A DNA stretch of 64,000 bases. Origin: Candidatus Omnitrophota bacterium (lineage in GTDB: Bacteria > Omnitrophota > Gorgyraeia > Gygaellales > Profunditerraquicolaceae). The notes beneath the pieces were generated by a model, which ran no database searches, was not told the origin of the DNA, and was given only the letters and a program-made list of their open reading frames with translations. Where the stretch lies: assembly GCA_016208765.1 (NCBI GenBank), contig JACQXK010000001.1, positions 192,365-256,364 of the forward strand, in the 5' to 3' direction. Shown here piece after piece: positions 16,625 to 28,205 of the stretch (the first letter of the stretch is position 1; each line of letters starts with the position of its first letter). The position numbers were made by a program, and so were the translations under genes.

Positions 16625-17884
16625 ATGGAGAAAGCGCTATTAGTTACAATAAAATTTAAGCATGTAGAAACAAAGTGGCGTATGCAGGATGTTGCCGAGG
16701 AGATTGAGGAGCTGGCCCAGACTTGCGGCGCAGAAGTTTTGGACAATATTTCCTGTATTTGCGAGAAGCCAACGCCAAATTTTCTTATTGGTAAGGGCAA
16801 AGTTGATGAGATTGCATTGCTTGCTCAGGAGATGGATGCTGATGTTATAATTTTTAGCCATGATTTATCCGGGACACAGCAGAGAAATCTTGAAGGAGTT
16901 ATTAATAAGAAAACCATTGACCGCACGCAGTTGATCCTGGATATTTTCGCGCGTCACGCCAAAAGCCCCGAGGGTAAAATGCAGGTTGCGCTTGCCCAGC
17001 TGCAATATCTTATGCCGCGGCTTATCGGTAAAGGTATAATTTTGTCCCGTCTTGGCGGTGGTATCGGAACGCGCGGCCCGGGTGAACAGAAGCTGGAAGT
17101 TGACCGCCGGAGGATTAGGAAAACAATTGATAATTTAAAAAGTGAACTTAAACAAGTAAGAATCCATCGTAAAACACAGCGCAAGAAAAGAGAAGAAAGG
17201 CAGGTGCCGGTAGTGGCTTTGGTTGGTTATACGAATGCCGGTAAATCCACGCTTTTAAACGCGCTGACTAACGCAGAGCAGGTTGTTTCCGACGGGCTTT
17301 TTACTACGCTTGATACAGTTTCGCGGACATTGCAATTAAGTAGCGGAGAGAATATTATAGTTTCTGATACTGTCGGTTTTTTAAATGAACTGCCGCATCA
17401 TTTGATTGAATCGTTCCAGGCAACATTAGAGGAAGTTGCGCAGGCAGATTTATTGATCCATGTTTTAGATGTAAATCACCCGCGTATTTACGAGCGCAGT
17501 AAGGCAGTTTTTGAGGTGTTAAAACAATTGCATGTGGATCAAAAGCCGATGATTACAGCTCTAAATAAGATTGATCTTTTAGATGATAAGACCTGGCTTG
17601 CAAAGTTAAAGGAAGATTTTGTAAATCCGATTGCAATCTCTGCCAAGTTAAAAGAAAATCTGGGAATTTTATTAGCTGAGATTCAGCAAAATTTTACCGG
17701 TAAAATGGCCTCGGTGGAAATTAAGATTCCGCATAAGCGTATGGATTTGGTGGATTTATTTTACCGTGAAGGCAAGGTAAAAGAAATAAAATATGAACAG
17801 GATGGAATAAAAATTAAGCTAAACCTACCTAAAATCCTCTATGATAAACTCTTGAGCAGTAGAGAGATAGAGGATGTCTGTTAG
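16625..17884 (+). CDS. hflX: Ribosome-rescue GTPase HflX.
   Basis: HflX N-domain (…LQYLMPRL…[11 protein letters not shown]…), G1 motif [14 protein letters not shown] and NKID. Confidence 0.9.
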   Translation: MEKALLVTIKFKHVETKWRMQDVAEEIEELAQTCGAEVLDNISCICEKPTPNFLIGKGKVDEIALLAQEMDADVIIFSHDLSGTQQRNLEGVINKKTIDRTQLILDIFARHAKSPEGKMQVALAQLQYLMPRLIGKGIILSRLGGGIGTRGPGEQKLEVDRRRIRKTIDNLKSELKQVRIHRKTQRKKREERQVPVVALVGYTNAGKSTLLNALTNAEQVVSDGLFTTLDTVSRTLQLSSGENIIVSDTVGFLNELPHHLIESFQATLEEVAQADLLIHVLDVNHPRIYERSKAVFEVLKQLHVDQKPMITALNKIDLLDDKTWLAKLKEDFVNPIAISAKLKENLGILLAEIQQNFTGKMASVEIKIPHKRMDLVDLFYREGKVKEIKYEQDGIKIKLNLPKILYDKLLSSREIEDVC

Positions 17885-17970
17885 AATATCAAATTTATTC
17901 TATCAGAATAACTTGACAAGCCAGTTAAGTTATGTTATATTTCTATTGAGCCACTTAAAAGGAGACAGAC

Positions 17971-18234
17971 GTGCCTTTATTTGATATTTATATAAGCCCG
18001 GATGAGCCGGTTTATGTAATTAGCGTGGTAAGTAAATTGGTTGAGTTGCCGATTTGGACTTTGCGCCAATTAGATAAAGCTGGAATTGTTTGTCCCAAAA
18101 GAATTGGCAAGAAAAGCAGATTGTATTCATTAAAGGATATGAAGAGATTGGAATATATTCATTATTTGATGCTGGATAAACATGTTAATATTCACGGCAT
18201 TAGAATTATTTTAGAAAAAGAAACGCAGGAATAA
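17971..18234 (+). CDS. hspR: MerR-family heat-shock regulator, HspR-like.
   Basis: 87 aa MerR-type HTH, located immediately upstream of clpB as in hspR-clpB arrangements. Confidence 0.6.
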   Translation: MPLFDIYISPDEPVYVISVVSKLVELPIWTLRQLDKAGIVCPKRIGKKSRLYSLKDMKRLEYIHYLMLDKHVNIHGIRIILEKETQE

Positions 18235-18251
18235 ATTTTTTTAATCTTTTG

Positions 18252-18278
18252 TTAGCACTCGTAAGTAAAGAGTGCTAA
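18252..18278. promoter_or_regulatory. CIRCE operator (HrcA binding site) upstream of clpB.
   Basis: TTAGCACTC-N9-GAGTGCTAA, a perfect match to the CIRCE consensus, 19 bp before the clpB start. Confidence 0.85.
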
Positions 18279-18296
18279 AGAATTGGAGGCAGCCTA

Positions 18297-20879
18297 ATGA
18301 AATTAGATAAGTTTACGATTAAGTCGCAGGAAGCAACTCAGGATGCGGTTAATATTGCTGATAGTTTTAAAAATCAGCAGGTTGAGCCTGAGCATCTGGC
18401 TTTGGCCATGCTTCGTCAGAAAGACGGGATAATCCCAGAGCTTGTTGAGTCATTGGGGATTTCTGCTTATTCATTAATTAGAAAATTAGAAGAAGAATTA
18501 AAAACTAAGCCAGAGGTTCACGGGCATGCATCTGAAGCATATATTTCTGCAAGGCTTAACCAGGTATTAAAAGAAGCTTTTAATGAGGCGCAAAAATTAA
18601 AAGATGAATATGTTTCTGTGGAGCATATTTTCCTGGCAATGGCTGAGGAAAAAGATAGTTTTTTGGCCAAGGAATTAAAGGCGCAGGGAATTAGCAAAGA
18701 TAAAATTCTATCGGCATTAGGAAATTTGCGTGGCAATCAAAGGGTTACCGACCAGAATCCGGAAGATAAATTTAAGCCGCTTGAGAAATTCGGGCGCGAT
18801 TTGACTGAATTGGCAAGCCGTGGAAAGCTTGACCCTGTAATCGGGCGCGACGATGAAATTAGAAGGCTTATTCAGGTAACTTTGCGCCGCACAAAAAATA
18901 ATCCGGTTTTAATCGGAGAGGCTGGCGTGGGTAAGACTGCAATTGTAGAGGGGCTTGCTCAGCGTATTGCCCAGCACGACGTGCCTGAGGGGCTGAAAAA
19001 TAAACGTATTATTACTTTGGATTTAGGCAGCCTTGTTGCCGGGACAAAATTTCGCGGTGAATTTGAAGACAGGCTCAAGGCGGTAATGAAGGAGATTGAG
19101 GCAAGTAATGGAGAAATAATTTTATTTATTGATGAGCTGCATACTTTGGTTGGAGCAGGCGCGGCAGAAGGTGCGATTGACGCATCAAATATGTTAAAGC
19201 CGGCTTTAAGCCGCGGGCAGCTGCGTTGTATCGGAGCAACAACACTTAATGAATATCGTAAATACATTGAAAAAGACGCTGCGCTTGAACGCAGGTTTCA
19301 GCCGATCTATGTTGATCAGCCAAGCGTTGAGGACACGATTGCAATTTTGCGCGGCCTGAAAGAGCGTTATGAGATTCACCATGGTGTGCGTATTAAGGAT
19401 AGTGCCATTATCGCTGCAGCACAGCTATCTCAACGTTATATCACCGAGCGGTTTTTGCCGGATAAGGCAATTGATTTAATTGACGAGGCTGCCAGCCGTT
19501 TACGTATGGAGATTGACAGCAAGCCTCAGAAGCTGGACGAGATTGACCGCAAAATCTTGCAACTTGAAATTGAACGCGAGGCGCTTAAAAAAGAAAAAGA
19601 TGTTTCTTCAAAACAGCGGCTTGATATTCTGGAAAAAGAACTGGAGAAATTGCAGAAAGAAAGCCAGAAATTTTCCAAGGAGTGGAAAGAAGAAAAAGAT
19701 CTAATTACTAATGTGCGTAAAGTTAAAGAAGAAATAGATACGGCAAGAAGCGAGGAAAAAAAGGCGCAGATGAACGCGGATTTGGCAAAAGTAGCTGAGA
19801 TTCGTTATGGTAAATTGCGCGAGCTGGAAGAGAAGCTTGGGCAATCAAGTAAAAAACTTGCTGAATTACAGAAAAAAGGGCCTCTACTGAAAGAAGAGGT
19901 AGATGAGGATGATGTGGCTCAGGTTGTTTCCAAGTGGACAGGTGTTCCTTTAACAAAATTGCTTGAAGGCGAAACTGAGAAATTATTAAAAATTGAGGAT
20001 CGTCTGAAGGAGCGCGTGGTTGGGCAGGATGAGGCTGTTGATTTAGTGGCTGCTGCGATCAGGCGTTCACGAAGCGGGCTTTCTGATCCGCATCGGCCAA
20101 CGGGCGTGTTTATTTTTGTCGGGCCGACTGGCGTGGGGAAGACTGAATTAGCCAAGGCCTTGGCAGGATTTTTGTTTGATGATGAACAATCTTTGGTGCG
20201 CATTGATATGTCCGAGTATATGGAAAAGCATGCCGTGTCTCGTCTGGTGGGAGCGCCTCCGGGTTATGTTGGTTATGAAGAGGGCGGGCAGTTAACTGAG
20301 GCAATCCGTAGAAGGCCGTATTCAGTTATTTTGTTTGATGAGATTGAAAAGGCGCACCCGGATGTGTTTAATTTGCTGCTGCAGATTTTTGACGACGGCA
20401 GGCTCACTGATGGCCAGGGCCGTACGGTTAATTTTAGAAATACCATAATTATTATGACCTCTAATTTAGGCACTCAGCGTTTTGGGCCGGATGATACTCA
20501 GGCACAAATGAAACGGGTGATTGATGAAGAATTTAAGGCTCATTTTCGCCCGGAATTCCTTAATCGGGTGGATGAGGTAATTATTTTCAGGCATTTGTCG
20601 CAAAAAGATATGTCTAAGATTGTAAACATCCAGCTTGATTTGATTAAGACTCGCCTTAAAGAAAATAACCAGATAGAATTAGTAGATACTGATAAGGCGC
20701 TTGAGTATCTTGCTAAGGAAGGTTTTGACCCGATTTTTGGCGCTCGGCCTTTAAAACGCCTGATCCAGAAAAAAGTAGTGGATCCTTTGGCATTAAAGAT
20801 ATTGGATGGTGATATTAAACCCAATGCTAAGGTGCGCATTGACGCTAAAGAAGAAAAAATTGTATTTACAGGACAGTAA
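18297..20879 (+). CDS. clpB: ATP-dependent chaperone/disaggregase ClpB.
   Basis: 860 aa with two AAA+ modules ([15 protein letters not shown]; [15 protein letters not shown]) and a coiled-coil middle domain. Confidence 0.95.
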   Translation: MKLDKFTIKSQEATQDAVNIADSFKNQQVEPEHLALAMLRQKDGIIPELVESLGISAYSLIRKLEEELKTKPEVHGHASEAYISARLNQVLKEAFNEAQKLKDEYVSVEHIFLAMAEEKDSFLAKELKAQGISKDKILSALGNLRGNQRVTDQNPEDKFKPLEKFGRDLTELASRGKLDPVIGRDDEIRRLIQVTLRRTKNNPVLIGEAGVGKTAIVEGLAQRIAQHDVPEGLKNKRIITLDLGSLVAGTKFRGEFEDRLKAVMKEIEASNGEIILFIDELHTLVGAGAAEGAIDASNMLKPALSRGQLRCIGATTLNEYRKYIEKDAALERRFQPIYVDQPSVEDTIAILRGLKERYEIHHGVRIKDSAIIAAAQLSQRYITERFLPDKAIDLIDEAASRLRMEIDSKPQKLDEIDRKILQLEIEREALKKEKDVSSKQRLDILEKELEKLQKESQKFSKEWKEEKDLITNVRKVKEEIDTARSEEKKAQMNADLAKVAEIRYGKLRELEEKLGQSSKKLAELQKKGPLLKEEVDEDDVAQVVSKWTGVPLTKLLEGETEKLLKIEDRLKERVVGQDEAVDLVAAAIRRSRSGLSDPHRPTGVFIFVGPTGVGKTELAKALAGFLFDDEQSLVRIDMSEYMEKHAVSRLVGAPPGYVGYEEGGQLTEAIRRRPYSVILFDEIEKAHPDVFNLLLQIFDDGRLTDGQGRTVNFRNTIIIMTSNLGTQRFGPDDTQAQMKRVIDEEFKAHFRPEFLNRVDEVIIFRHLSQKDMSKIVNIQLDLIKTRLKENNQIELVDTDKALEYLAKEGFDPIFGARPLKRLIQKKVVDPLALKILDGDIKPNAKVRIDAKEEKIVFTGQ

Positions 20880-20898
20880 TTTGTGCTAAAATTACTGT

Positions 20899-20925
20899 TT
20901 AGCATTCTTACGGTGAGAGTGCTAA
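20899..20925. promoter_or_regulatory. CIRCE-like operator upstream of hrcA, with one mismatch.
   Basis: TTAGCATTC-N9-GAGTGCTAA. It overlaps a second inverted repeat, TGCTAAA-N8-TTTAGCA. Confidence 0.7.
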
Positions 20926-20940
20926 ATATGGGAATAAACT

Positions 20941-21678
20941 ATGGTGAAAAGCGTAGATTATCAATCAAGAAAAAAGAGAGTTTTAGGAAGGACTATAAAC
21001 CAATATATCCGTGAAGCAGCTCCTGTTTCTTCAGAGATTATTGCCCGGGAGTTTGGTTTGAGTTCAGCCACAATACGAAATGTCTTTTCTGAATTAGAGG
21101 AAGACGGCTACCTTACTCATCCCTATACTTCTGGCGGAAGGATCCCCACAAAAAATGGCTATCGTTATTTCGTGGATTTCTTGTTTTCCGAGATTGACCT
21201 CTTAGATGAAGAAAAAGAAAAAATAGTCCATGAATATAAGAATGAAATTAATAAACTTGAAGATGTTTTGGATAAAACTTCTGATGTTATCTCAACTATC
21301 ACGCATTATGCGGGGATTGCTTCTTTTTTAGAGTGGCATGACCGGGTTTTTTATAAAGGGATCAGCCAGATTTTAAATCAACCGGAGTTTCAGGATTTAG
21401 AAAAGATTCGCTTGTTGATCAAGATGATGGAAGAGAAGCGAAGAATCTTAGAGTTGGTCAACCGTGATTTTGACGGTAAGATAAAGGTATATATCGGGGA
21501 AGAATTAGGATTCCCTGAGATTGAAAATTGCGCTTTAGTGGTTTCCAGTTATACGGTTAAAGATAAGCCTTCGGGGAGAGTGGCAGTACTTGGCCCGATG
21601 CGCATGCAGTATCATCATACGATTTCGGCGCTTGAATATATTTCAGAAATTTTAACTGAAACAATAGAGAAGATATGA
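20941..21678 (+). CDS. hrcA: Heat-inducible transcription repressor HrcA (short form).
   Basis: N-terminal winged-helix region …GLSSATIRNVFSELEEDGYLTHPYTSGGRIPTKNGYRYFVD matches HrcA. It is followed by grpE-dnaK-dnaJ. Confidence 0.8.
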   Translation: MVKSVDYQSRKKRVLGRTINQYIREAAPVSSEIIAREFGLSSATIRNVFSELEEDGYLTHPYTSGGRIPTKNGYRYFVDFLFSEIDLLDEEKEKIVHEYKNEINKLEDVLDKTSDVISTITHYAGIASFLEWHDRVFYKGISQILNQPEFQDLEKIRLLIKMMEEKRRILELVNRDFDGKIKVYIGEELGFPEIENCALVVSSYTVKDKPSGRVAVLGPMRMQYHHTISALEYISEILTETIEKI

Positions 21679-22211
21679 TGAATAATAAAAAAGAAGGCGA
21701 AGAGAAAAAAGAAGAAAAGCCAGATGAGAAAACAGTAACTTTGGCTCAGGAAGAATATCTGCAGCTAAAACAGGAAGCTGATAAAGCCAAGGAATATTGG
21801 GATAAAATACTTAGGTTGCAGGCTGATTTTGACAATATCCGCAAACGTTCTGAACGCGAAAAACAGGAATTTATTAAATTTGCCAACGAGGGCTTAATTG
21901 CTCAGTTGTTAAATATTCTGGATGATTTGGAGCGGGCAGTAGAGTTAGCTGAATCAAAACATCAGGATCTGCCGGTTTTCTTAAAAGGAATTGAAATGAT
22001 CTTGGCGCATCTTTATCAAATGCTTAAAGAGCATGGAGTTAAACCGATTGATGCCCAGGGAAAGATTTTTGATCCGCATTTTCACGAAGCATTAATGCAG
22101 GTAGAGGATAAAAATATGCCGGAGCATACAGTGGTTGAGGAGATGCAAAAAGGGTATTTGTTGAATGACAGGGTGTTAAGGACATCAAAAGTTAAAGTGT
22201 CAAAGAGATAA
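21675..22211 (+). CDS. grpE: Nucleotide exchange factor GrpE.
   Basis: 178 aa with a coiled N-terminus and C-terminal GrpE signature (…DFDNIRKRSERE…). Sits in the hrcA-grpE-dnaK-dnaJ operon position. Confidence 0.9.
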   Translation: MMNNKKEGEEKKEEKPDEKTVTLAQEEYLQLKQEADKAKEYWDKILRLQADFDNIRKRSEREKQEFIKFANEGLIAQLLNILDDLERAVELAESKHQDLPVFLKGIEMILAHLYQMLKEHGVKPIDAQGKIFDPHFHEALMQVEDKNMPEHTVVEEMQKGYLLNDRVLRTSKVKVSKR

Positions 22212-22263
22212 AATTATTGGGTTTTTGATAAATTAAATATTTTAAATTTCAAGGAGGTAGGAT

Positions 22264-24198
22264 ATGGCAAAGGTAATCGGAATTGATTTAGGAACTTCAA
22301 ATTCAGCAGCAGCAGTAATGGAAGGCGGCAGGCCGGTAATTATTCCGTCGGCAGAAGGAGCAGGAGTTTCTTCCGGCAAGGCGTTTCCTTCTTATGTTGC
22401 ATTTACTAAAGATGGACAAAGATTAGTGGGTGAGCCGGCAAGGCGTCAGGCGGCAATTAATGCCGAAGGCACTATTCAGGCGGCTAAGCGCAAGATGGGG
22501 CAGGATTATCATTTTAAAGTTTACGGGAAAGAATACACCCCGCAGCAGATTTCAGCGTTTATTTTACAGAAAATTAAGCAGGATGCCGAGGCTTATCTGG
22601 GAGACAAAGTTGAAGAAGTTGTAATTACTTGCCCTGCGTATTTTGATGATAATCAGAGAACTGCTACAAAGGATGCCGGTGAGATAGCCGGTTTAAAAGT
22701 CCTGAGAATTATCAATGAGCCGACAGCAGCTTGTTTGGCTTACGGGCTTGAAAAAGCAGGAAAAGAATTAAAAATATTGGTTTTTGATTTTGGCGGCGGC
22801 ACCCTTGATGTTACGATTATGGAAATGTGGCAGGAGGGTGGTTTTAAGGTCATGTCCACAAGCGGCGACACACAGCTCGGCGGAACTGATATGGATAATG
22901 TTTTAATAGATTACATTTCAAATCAGTTTAAGCGCGATACCGGCATTGACTTAAAGAATGATAAAATGGCGATGCAGCGTTTGCGCGAGGGAGCAGAGAA
23001 GGCAAAGGTGGAGTTGTCCAGCACTCTTACTACGGATATTAATCTGCCTTTTATTACTGCTGATGCCAGTGGGCCGAAACATTTGACCATGACCATTAAC
23101 CGCGCAAAACTTGAGGAATTAGTCGGCCCGATTATTGACCGTTGCCGCGGCCCGTTAGAGCAGGCTATGCGTGATGCAAAGACGGCATTTGAGAAAGAAG
23201 GTATTAATTTTGCTGATAAAGGTGTGGATAAAATAATTATGGTAGGTGGACCTACTCGTATGCCGATTGTGCAGAAATTTGTAGAAGATTATTTTGGCAA
23301 GAAAATTGAACGCGGCATTGACCCGATGGAGTGCGTTGCTTTGGGCGCAGCCGTACAGGCGGCGATTATTAAGGGTGATGTGAAAGATGTTTTGCTTCTG
23401 GATGTTACTCCTTTGTCTTTAGGGATTGAAACATTAGGAGGCGTAAACACCCGTTTAATTGAAAGAAACACTACAATACCGACGAGAAAATCGCAGGTAT
23501 TTTCAACTGCTGCAGACAGCCAAACCGCGGTAACGATCCGGGTTTTGCAGGGCGAGCGGGCAATGGCAGAAGATACTGTTGAGCTGGGAAGATTTGATTT
23601 AGTGGGGATTCCTCCTGCTCCTCGTGGCGTGCCTCAGATTGAAGTTGCTTTTGATATTGATGCCAATGGCATTGTGCATGTTTCAGCAAAAGACCTTGGC
23701 ACAGGCAAAGAGCAGTCTGTGAGGATCACTGCCCCAAAGAAACTTTCTAAAGAAGAAATTGATAAGATGGTAAAAGATGCAGATAAGTTTGCTGCCGAAG
23801 ACACCAAGAGAAAAGAATTAGTTGAGGCGATAAATCAGGCGGATAATTTAGTGTATGCTACTGAGAAGTCGCTCAAGGATTATGGCGATAAAGTTTCTCA
23901 AGAAGATCGTGCAGCAATAGAGTCTTCTGCCAATGAACTAAAGGCAGCAATTAAAGACAAAAACTTGGATCGTGTTAAAAAAGGCATGGAAGACCTGACT
24001 AAGGCTTCGCATAAGCTCGCCGAGGAAGTTTATAAACAGGCTGCCCAAAAGCAGAAGGCTCAGGGAGCAGCAGGTGGCGCGGGGCAACAAGGGCCAAGCG
24101 GACAAGAGTCAACAGAAGAGCCAAAGCAGGAAAATAAAAAGAGCGACGAAGAAGTGATTGATGCGGAATTTAAAGAAGAAGATGAGGGTAAGAAATAA
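22264..24198 (+). CDS. dnaK: Hsp70 chaperone DnaK.
   Basis: [18 protein letters not shown] and other Hsp70 signatures; 644 aa. Confidence 0.97.
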   Translation: MAKVIGIDLGTSNSAAAVMEGGRPVIIPSAEGAGVSSGKAFPSYVAFTKDGQRLVGEPARRQAAINAEGTIQAAKRKMGQDYHFKVYGKEYTPQQISAFILQKIKQDAEAYLGDKVEEVVITCPAYFDDNQRTATKDAGEIAGLKVLRIINEPTAACLAYGLEKAGKELKILVFDFGGGTLDVTIMEMWQEGGFKVMSTSGDTQLGGTDMDNVLIDYISNQFKRDTGIDLKNDKMAMQRLREGAEKAKVELSSTLTTDINLPFITADASGPKHLTMTINRAKLEELVGPIIDRCRGPLEQAMRDAKTAFEKEGINFADKGVDKIIMVGGPTRMPIVQKFVEDYFGKKIERGIDPMECVALGAAVQAAIIKGDVKDVLLLDVTPLSLGIETLGGVNTRLIERNTTIPTRKSQVFSTAADSQTAVTIRVLQGERAMAEDTVELGRFDLVGIPPAPRGVPQIEVAFDIDANGIVHVSAKDLGTGKEQSVRITAPKKLSKEEIDKMVKDADKFAAEDTKRKELVEAINQADNLVYATEKSLKDYGDKVSQEDRAAIESSANELKAAIKDKNLDRVKKGMEDLTKASHKLAEEVYKQAAQKQKAQGAAGGAGQQGPSGQESTEEPKQENKKSDEEVIDAEFKEEDEGKK

Positions 24199-24201
24199 TT
24201 A

Positions 24202-25365
24202 ATGGCTTCTACCAAACGCGATTATTACGAAATTTTAGGAGTTAAGAAAAGTGCCAGCCTTGATGAAATCCGCAAGGCTTATCGTGAGATGGCTTTGCGC
24301 TTTCATCCTGACCGTGTTCCTCATGAGCAAAAAAAGGAAGCTGAGGAAAAGTTTAAAGAAGTTTCTGAGGCTTATGCTATTCTTTCTGATTCTCAGAAAA
24401 GAGCGCTCTATGATCAATACGGCCACTCCGGCATAGACCAGAAATATGCCTATGAAGATATCTTTAAGGGCGCTGATTTTTCAAGTGTCTTTGAAGGCAT
24501 GGGAGATTATGGCGTCGGCGGCGGTCTTTTTGAAGAAATATTTTCTGACCTTGGATTTGATATTTTTGGCTCCCGTGGAAGGCGCGGCCAAGCATCTGGA
24601 AAACGCGGGCATGATTTAGAAATTGCGCTTACAATTACATTGGAAGAAGCGGTTTCAGGTGTTGAAAAAACCATAAACGTGCCGCGTTATGAAACTTGCT
24701 CTACTTGCTCCGGAAGCGGGGCAAAGCCAGGAACAAAGAAGACTGTTTGCAGCCAGTGCAAGGGTTCCGGACAGGTGGTAATGTCTAATGGTTTTTTTAG
24801 GGTTGCCCAGACCTGCCCGCGTTGCCGAGGAGAAGGTGAAAGTATTCAGACCCCATGCCCGGATTGCCATGGAGAAGGAAGGACCAAGGTATCCAGGCAT
24901 ATAAAAGTAAAGGTGCCTCCGGGAGTTGATACTGGTTCTCATCTAAGGATCCGCGGCGAAGGCGAAGCTGGCAGGGGTGGAAAAGGGGATTTGTATGTGA
25001 TCATTGAGGTTGAGCCACATAATGTTTTTCAGAGGCATAATAACGATTTATATACGCAAGTGAATGTCAGTTTGACCAGGGCAATTTTGGGAGCAGAGGT
25101 AAGTGTCCCTACGATAGACGGGCATGTGAGTATGAAGATTCCTGCCGGAACACAAAGCGGAAAGATCTTTCGCCTCCATGACAAAGGCGTTCCTGATGTG
25201 CATAATCCTGCGCAAAAAGGAGATGAGTTGGTTAAGGTTGATGTGGAAATACCCAAGAGCCTTAATGCAGAACAGCGCCGTTTAATTGAAGAATTCGCCA
25301 GGATTTCAGGAGAAAGTTCCGGTAAAACAAGCTTCGGGGATAAAATAAAAAAAGCGTTTAAATAA
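24202..25365 (+). CDS. dnaJ: Hsp40 co-chaperone DnaJ.
   Basis: J-domain with HPD, a G/F-rich region and four CxxCxGxG zinc-finger repeats. Confidence 0.95.
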   Translation: MASTKRDYYEILGVKKSASLDEIRKAYREMALRFHPDRVPHEQKKEAEEKFKEVSEAYAILSDSQKRALYDQYGHSGIDQKYAYEDIFKGADFSSVFEGMGDYGVGGGLFEEIFSDLGFDIFGSRGRRGQASGKRGHDLEIALTITLEEAVSGVEKTINVPRYETCSTCSGSGAKPGTKKTVCSQCKGSGQVVMSNGFFRVAQTCPRCRGEGESIQTPCPDCHGEGRTKVSRHIKVKVPPGVDTGSHLRIRGEGEAGRGGKGDLYVIIEVEPHNVFQRHNNDLYTQVNVSLTRAILGAEVSVPTIDGHVSMKIPAGTQSGKIFRLHDKGVPDVHNPAQKGDELVKVDVEIPKSLNAEQRRLIEEFARISGESSGKTSFGDKIKKAFK

Positions 25366-25379
25366 TTGAGGAGATTAAA

Positions 25380-25640
25380 ATGCCAACATATGAATACGAA
25401 TGTACACATTGCGGGCACAGTTTTGAACGGTTTCAGAAGATTACCGACCAGGCGCTGGACAAGTGCCCTAAGTGCGAAAAGAAAGTCCGCAGGCTCATCG
25501 GCAGCGGTGCAGGGATAATTTTTAAGGGTTCCGGGTTTTATGCTACTGATTATCGCAAGCCTTCTGCGTCAAGTTCAGAAAAACCATCATCTCCTTGTCA
25601 AAAAGGCGATGGATGTAAAACTTGTCCTCATAGCAAATAA
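25380..25640 (+). CDS. FmdB-family zinc-ribbon protein.
   Basis: MPTYEYECTHCGHSFE…CPKCEKKV is the FmdB pattern (CxxC…CxxC). Confidence 0.75.
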   Translation: MPTYEYECTHCGHSFERFQKITDQALDKCPKCEKKVRRLIGSGAGIIFKGSGFYATDYRKPSASSSEKPSSPCQKGDGCKTCPHSK

Positions 25641-25648
25641 TTTTCTAA

Positions 25649-25993
25649 ATGGCTAAAATTATTAAATTCTGGATGCCGGTGTTGATGTGTATGGGGCTTA
25701 TTTTTTATATGTCATCTATCCCCGGCACAAATATCCCCTCAGTTATTCCATTCCAAAATATCATTTACCATTCCGGTGTTTTTTTTATTCTGGCACTTGT
25801 TTTTAAAAGGGCCCTTAAAAATACTTCCAGGTTAACTTATGGTAAAATAATTGTTTCTACGCTAATTTTTGGTATAATTTATGCTTTCACTGATGAGTTG
25901 CATCAAGCCTATGTGCCTAACAGGACAGTTTCAGGGTTTGATGTGTTTATTGACGCATTAGGAGTAACTTTGGGGAGTTTAATTTACCGATGA
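25649..25993 (+). CDS. VanZ-like family membrane protein.
   Basis: Small membrane protein with a TDELHQAYVPNR motif typical of the VanZ family. Confidence 0.55.
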   Translation: MAKIIKFWMPVLMCMGLIFYMSSIPGTNIPSVIPFQNIIYHSGVFFILALVFKRALKNTSRLTYGKIIVSTLIFGIIYAFTDELHQAYVPNRTVSGFDVFIDALGVTLGSLIYR

Positions 25994-27282
25994 GCAAGAT
26001 AAAACCTTTTCAGGCTGTAATTTATAATCAGGAGAAAATTAAAGACATGTCGCAGGTGGTCTGCCCGCCGTATGATGTTATTTCTCCGGTTGAACAAGAA
26101 CGTTATCATAAAATAAGCCCGTATAATTTTTTGCACATTCTTCTGGGTAAAGACATTGCAGGAGAGGATAAATATAAAAGGTCAGGAGATTATTTTGTCA
26201 GCTGGTTAAGGGAAAATATCCTGATACATGATCAAAAGCCTGCGATTTATTTTTATAGCCAGCAGTATAAGGTTAAAGGAGAAACAAAGACACGTTTTGG
26301 TTTTATTTCTCTTTTGCACTTAGAAGAAAGCAAGTCTTCCTTGTTCGTGCATGAGCATACACGTCTTGAGGCAAAAGAAGACAGGTTCAGGCTGATGAAT
26401 CAGGTTAATGCAAATCTAAGCCCGATCTTTATTGTTTTTGAAGACAAGAAGCGGATTATCCAACGAACGTTAAGCCAGCATATTCAGGGAAAAACTCCGT
26501 TTATAGAAGTAACCGATGATGAGAAAACCGTTCACAGGGTTTGGCGGCTTGACCAGCCTGAAACCATCAAAGGCATTCAAGACAGCCTTGAGCAGGAGGA
26601 TATTTTTATTGCCGACGGGCATCATCGTTATGAAGTTGCCTGTGCTTACCGCGACCAGATGCGAAAAATGCTGGGAGAAAAAACCAATGGCGAAGAAAGC
26701 TTTAATTACGTTTTAACATATTTTACCAATACCGACCAGCGCGGGCTTTCAATCTTTCCGATCCATAGGCTCCTGAAATTGTCTTTGAATATTGATATGA
26801 ACGAATTCAAATTGAAACTTAAGGAGTTTTTTGATGTTGAAGAGATCAAGGATAAAGACCGTTTTTTCTTTTTAATGCACAAGGCTGGATGCAACGAACA
26901 TCTGATCGGAATGTATAAGGATAAGAAATACTTTCTCTTGCGCTTAAAGAATGTGAAGATCTTAGATAAAATGATCAGTGACAAACCTAAGGAATACAGG
27001 GCCCTTGACGTGGCGATCTTGAATTATCTTATCCTTAAAAATATGCTTAATTGCGACTTGGATAATAAGGATCTGATCGTTTTTAGCCCTCATGCAGATG
27101 ATTTTATTGAACAGGTTGATAAGAATCCTGCTTATATGGCATTTTTCTTAAACCCGGTTAAGGTTGAACAAATTATTGCAGTTGCCAGAAAAGGTGAAAG
27201 GATGCCTCCTAAGTCCACGTATTTTTATCCAAAGGTTTTGTCGGGATTAGTGATAAACAAATTTGACAAGGAGAGTGCTTGA
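25990..27282 (+). CDS. DUF1015 family protein.
   Basis: N-terminal …PFQAVIYNQEKI…VVCPPYDVIS is the DUF1015 signature. Confidence 0.65.
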   Translation: MSKIKPFQAVIYNQEKIKDMSQVVCPPYDVISPVEQERYHKISPYNFLHILLGKDIAGEDKYKRSGDYFVSWLRENILIHDQKPAIYFYSQQYKVKGETKTRFGFISLLHLEESKSSLFVHEHTRLEAKEDRFRLMNQVNANLSPIFIVFEDKKRIIQRTLSQHIQGKTPFIEVTDDEKTVHRVWRLDQPETIKGIQDSLEQEDIFIADGHHRYEVACAYRDQMRKMLGEKTNGEESFNYVLTYFTNTDQRGLSIFPIHRLLKLSLNIDMNEFKLKLKEFFDVEEIKDKDRFFFLMHKAGCNEHLIGMYKDKKYFLLRLKNVKILDKMISDKPKEYRALDVAILNYLILKNMLNCDLDNKDLIVFSPHADDFIEQVDKNPAYMAFFLNPVKVEQIIAVARKGERMPPKSTYFYPKVLSGLVINKFDKESA

Positions 27283-28121
27283 TGGCGCTTTTTGGTAAAC
27301 CTAAATACACGATTGTCAGGATAAAGAAAAAGGACATTCCCGACGGCCTTTGGACAAAATGCGAAGAATGCGGGGAAACTTTATATAACAAAACCCTGGA
27401 AGAAAATTTAAAGGTTTGCCCCAAGTGCAATTATCATTTTGTTTTAAACGCCTACGAAAGAATTAATACCTTATTAGATAAAGACACATTTGAAGAGCAT
27501 GATAAAGACATGGTTTCCGTTGACCCAATTGATTTTAAAGGGCCAAAGACCTATAAAGATAAATTGGCTAGTGACCAGCAATTGACCGGTTTAAAAGATG
27601 CCGTTATCTCCGGCTGTGGAAAAATTGAAAATAAAAAGGCAATGATAGCTGTTACTGATTCGCGTTTTATTATGGGTTCAATGGGGTCGGTCGTCGGTGA
27701 GAAAATCACCCGGACGATTGAAGAGGCAACAAAAAATAAATTACCTGTAATTATTGTTTCAGGGTCCGGCGGAGGGGCAAGGATGTATGAGGGGATGTAC
27801 AGCCTGATGCAGATGACAAAAACCTGTGCTGCGCTGGCGTACCATAAAGATGCAAAACTGCCTTTTATTTCGGTATTAACAAATCCGACCATGGCGGGGG
27901 TTATGGCTTCATTTGCCGGAATAGGAGATGTTATTATTGCCGAGCCTAAGGCTTTGATTGGTTTTACAGGCCCCAGGGTCATTGAACAGACCATCAGGCA
28001 GAAATTGCCTGCTGGTTTCCAGCGTTCTGAATTTCTCCTGGAACATGGCTTGATTGATATGATTGTTCATCGTAAGAACCTAAAGCAGACATTAGCTCAG
28101 TTAATCGGATATTTAAGTTAG
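27279..28121 (+). CDS. accD: Acetyl-CoA carboxylase carboxyltransferase beta subunit.
   Basis: N-terminal Zn-ribbon (CEECGETLY…CPKCNYH) followed by a carboxyltransferase domain. Confidence 0.9.
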   Translation: MMALFGKPKYTIVRIKKKDIPDGLWTKCEECGETLYNKTLEENLKVCPKCNYHFVLNAYERINTLLDKDTFEEHDKDMVSVDPIDFKGPKTYKDKLASDQQLTGLKDAVISGCGKIENKKAMIAVTDSRFIMGSMGSVVGEKITRTIEEATKNKLPVIIVSGSGGGARMYEGMYSLMQMTKTCAALAYHKDAKLPFISVLTNPTMAGVMASFAGIGDVIIAEPKALIGFTGPRVIEQTIRQKLPAGFQRSEFLLEHGLIDMIVHRKNLKQTLAQLIGYLS

Positions 28122-28205
28122 AGTTGACAGGGAGTAAAATTATATTATAATACCTATATTTCGTTAATTTCGTTAAATCCGAATAAAATATTGGAGGAGC
28201 CAAAA

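Noticed and set aside
17885-17970. HAIR (HspR-associated inverted repeat) upstream of hspR: AACTTGAC-N7-GTTAAGTT.
   Set aside because: It matches the CTTGAGT-N7-ACTCAAG consensus only partially, which is too weak to call without a genome-wide motif model.
28191-28205. TTG start at 28191 for the ABC ATPase.
   Set aside because: The sequence TTGGAGGAGCCAAAAGTG places a strong GGAGGAG RBS 6 nt before GTG at 28206, so that is the likelier start.
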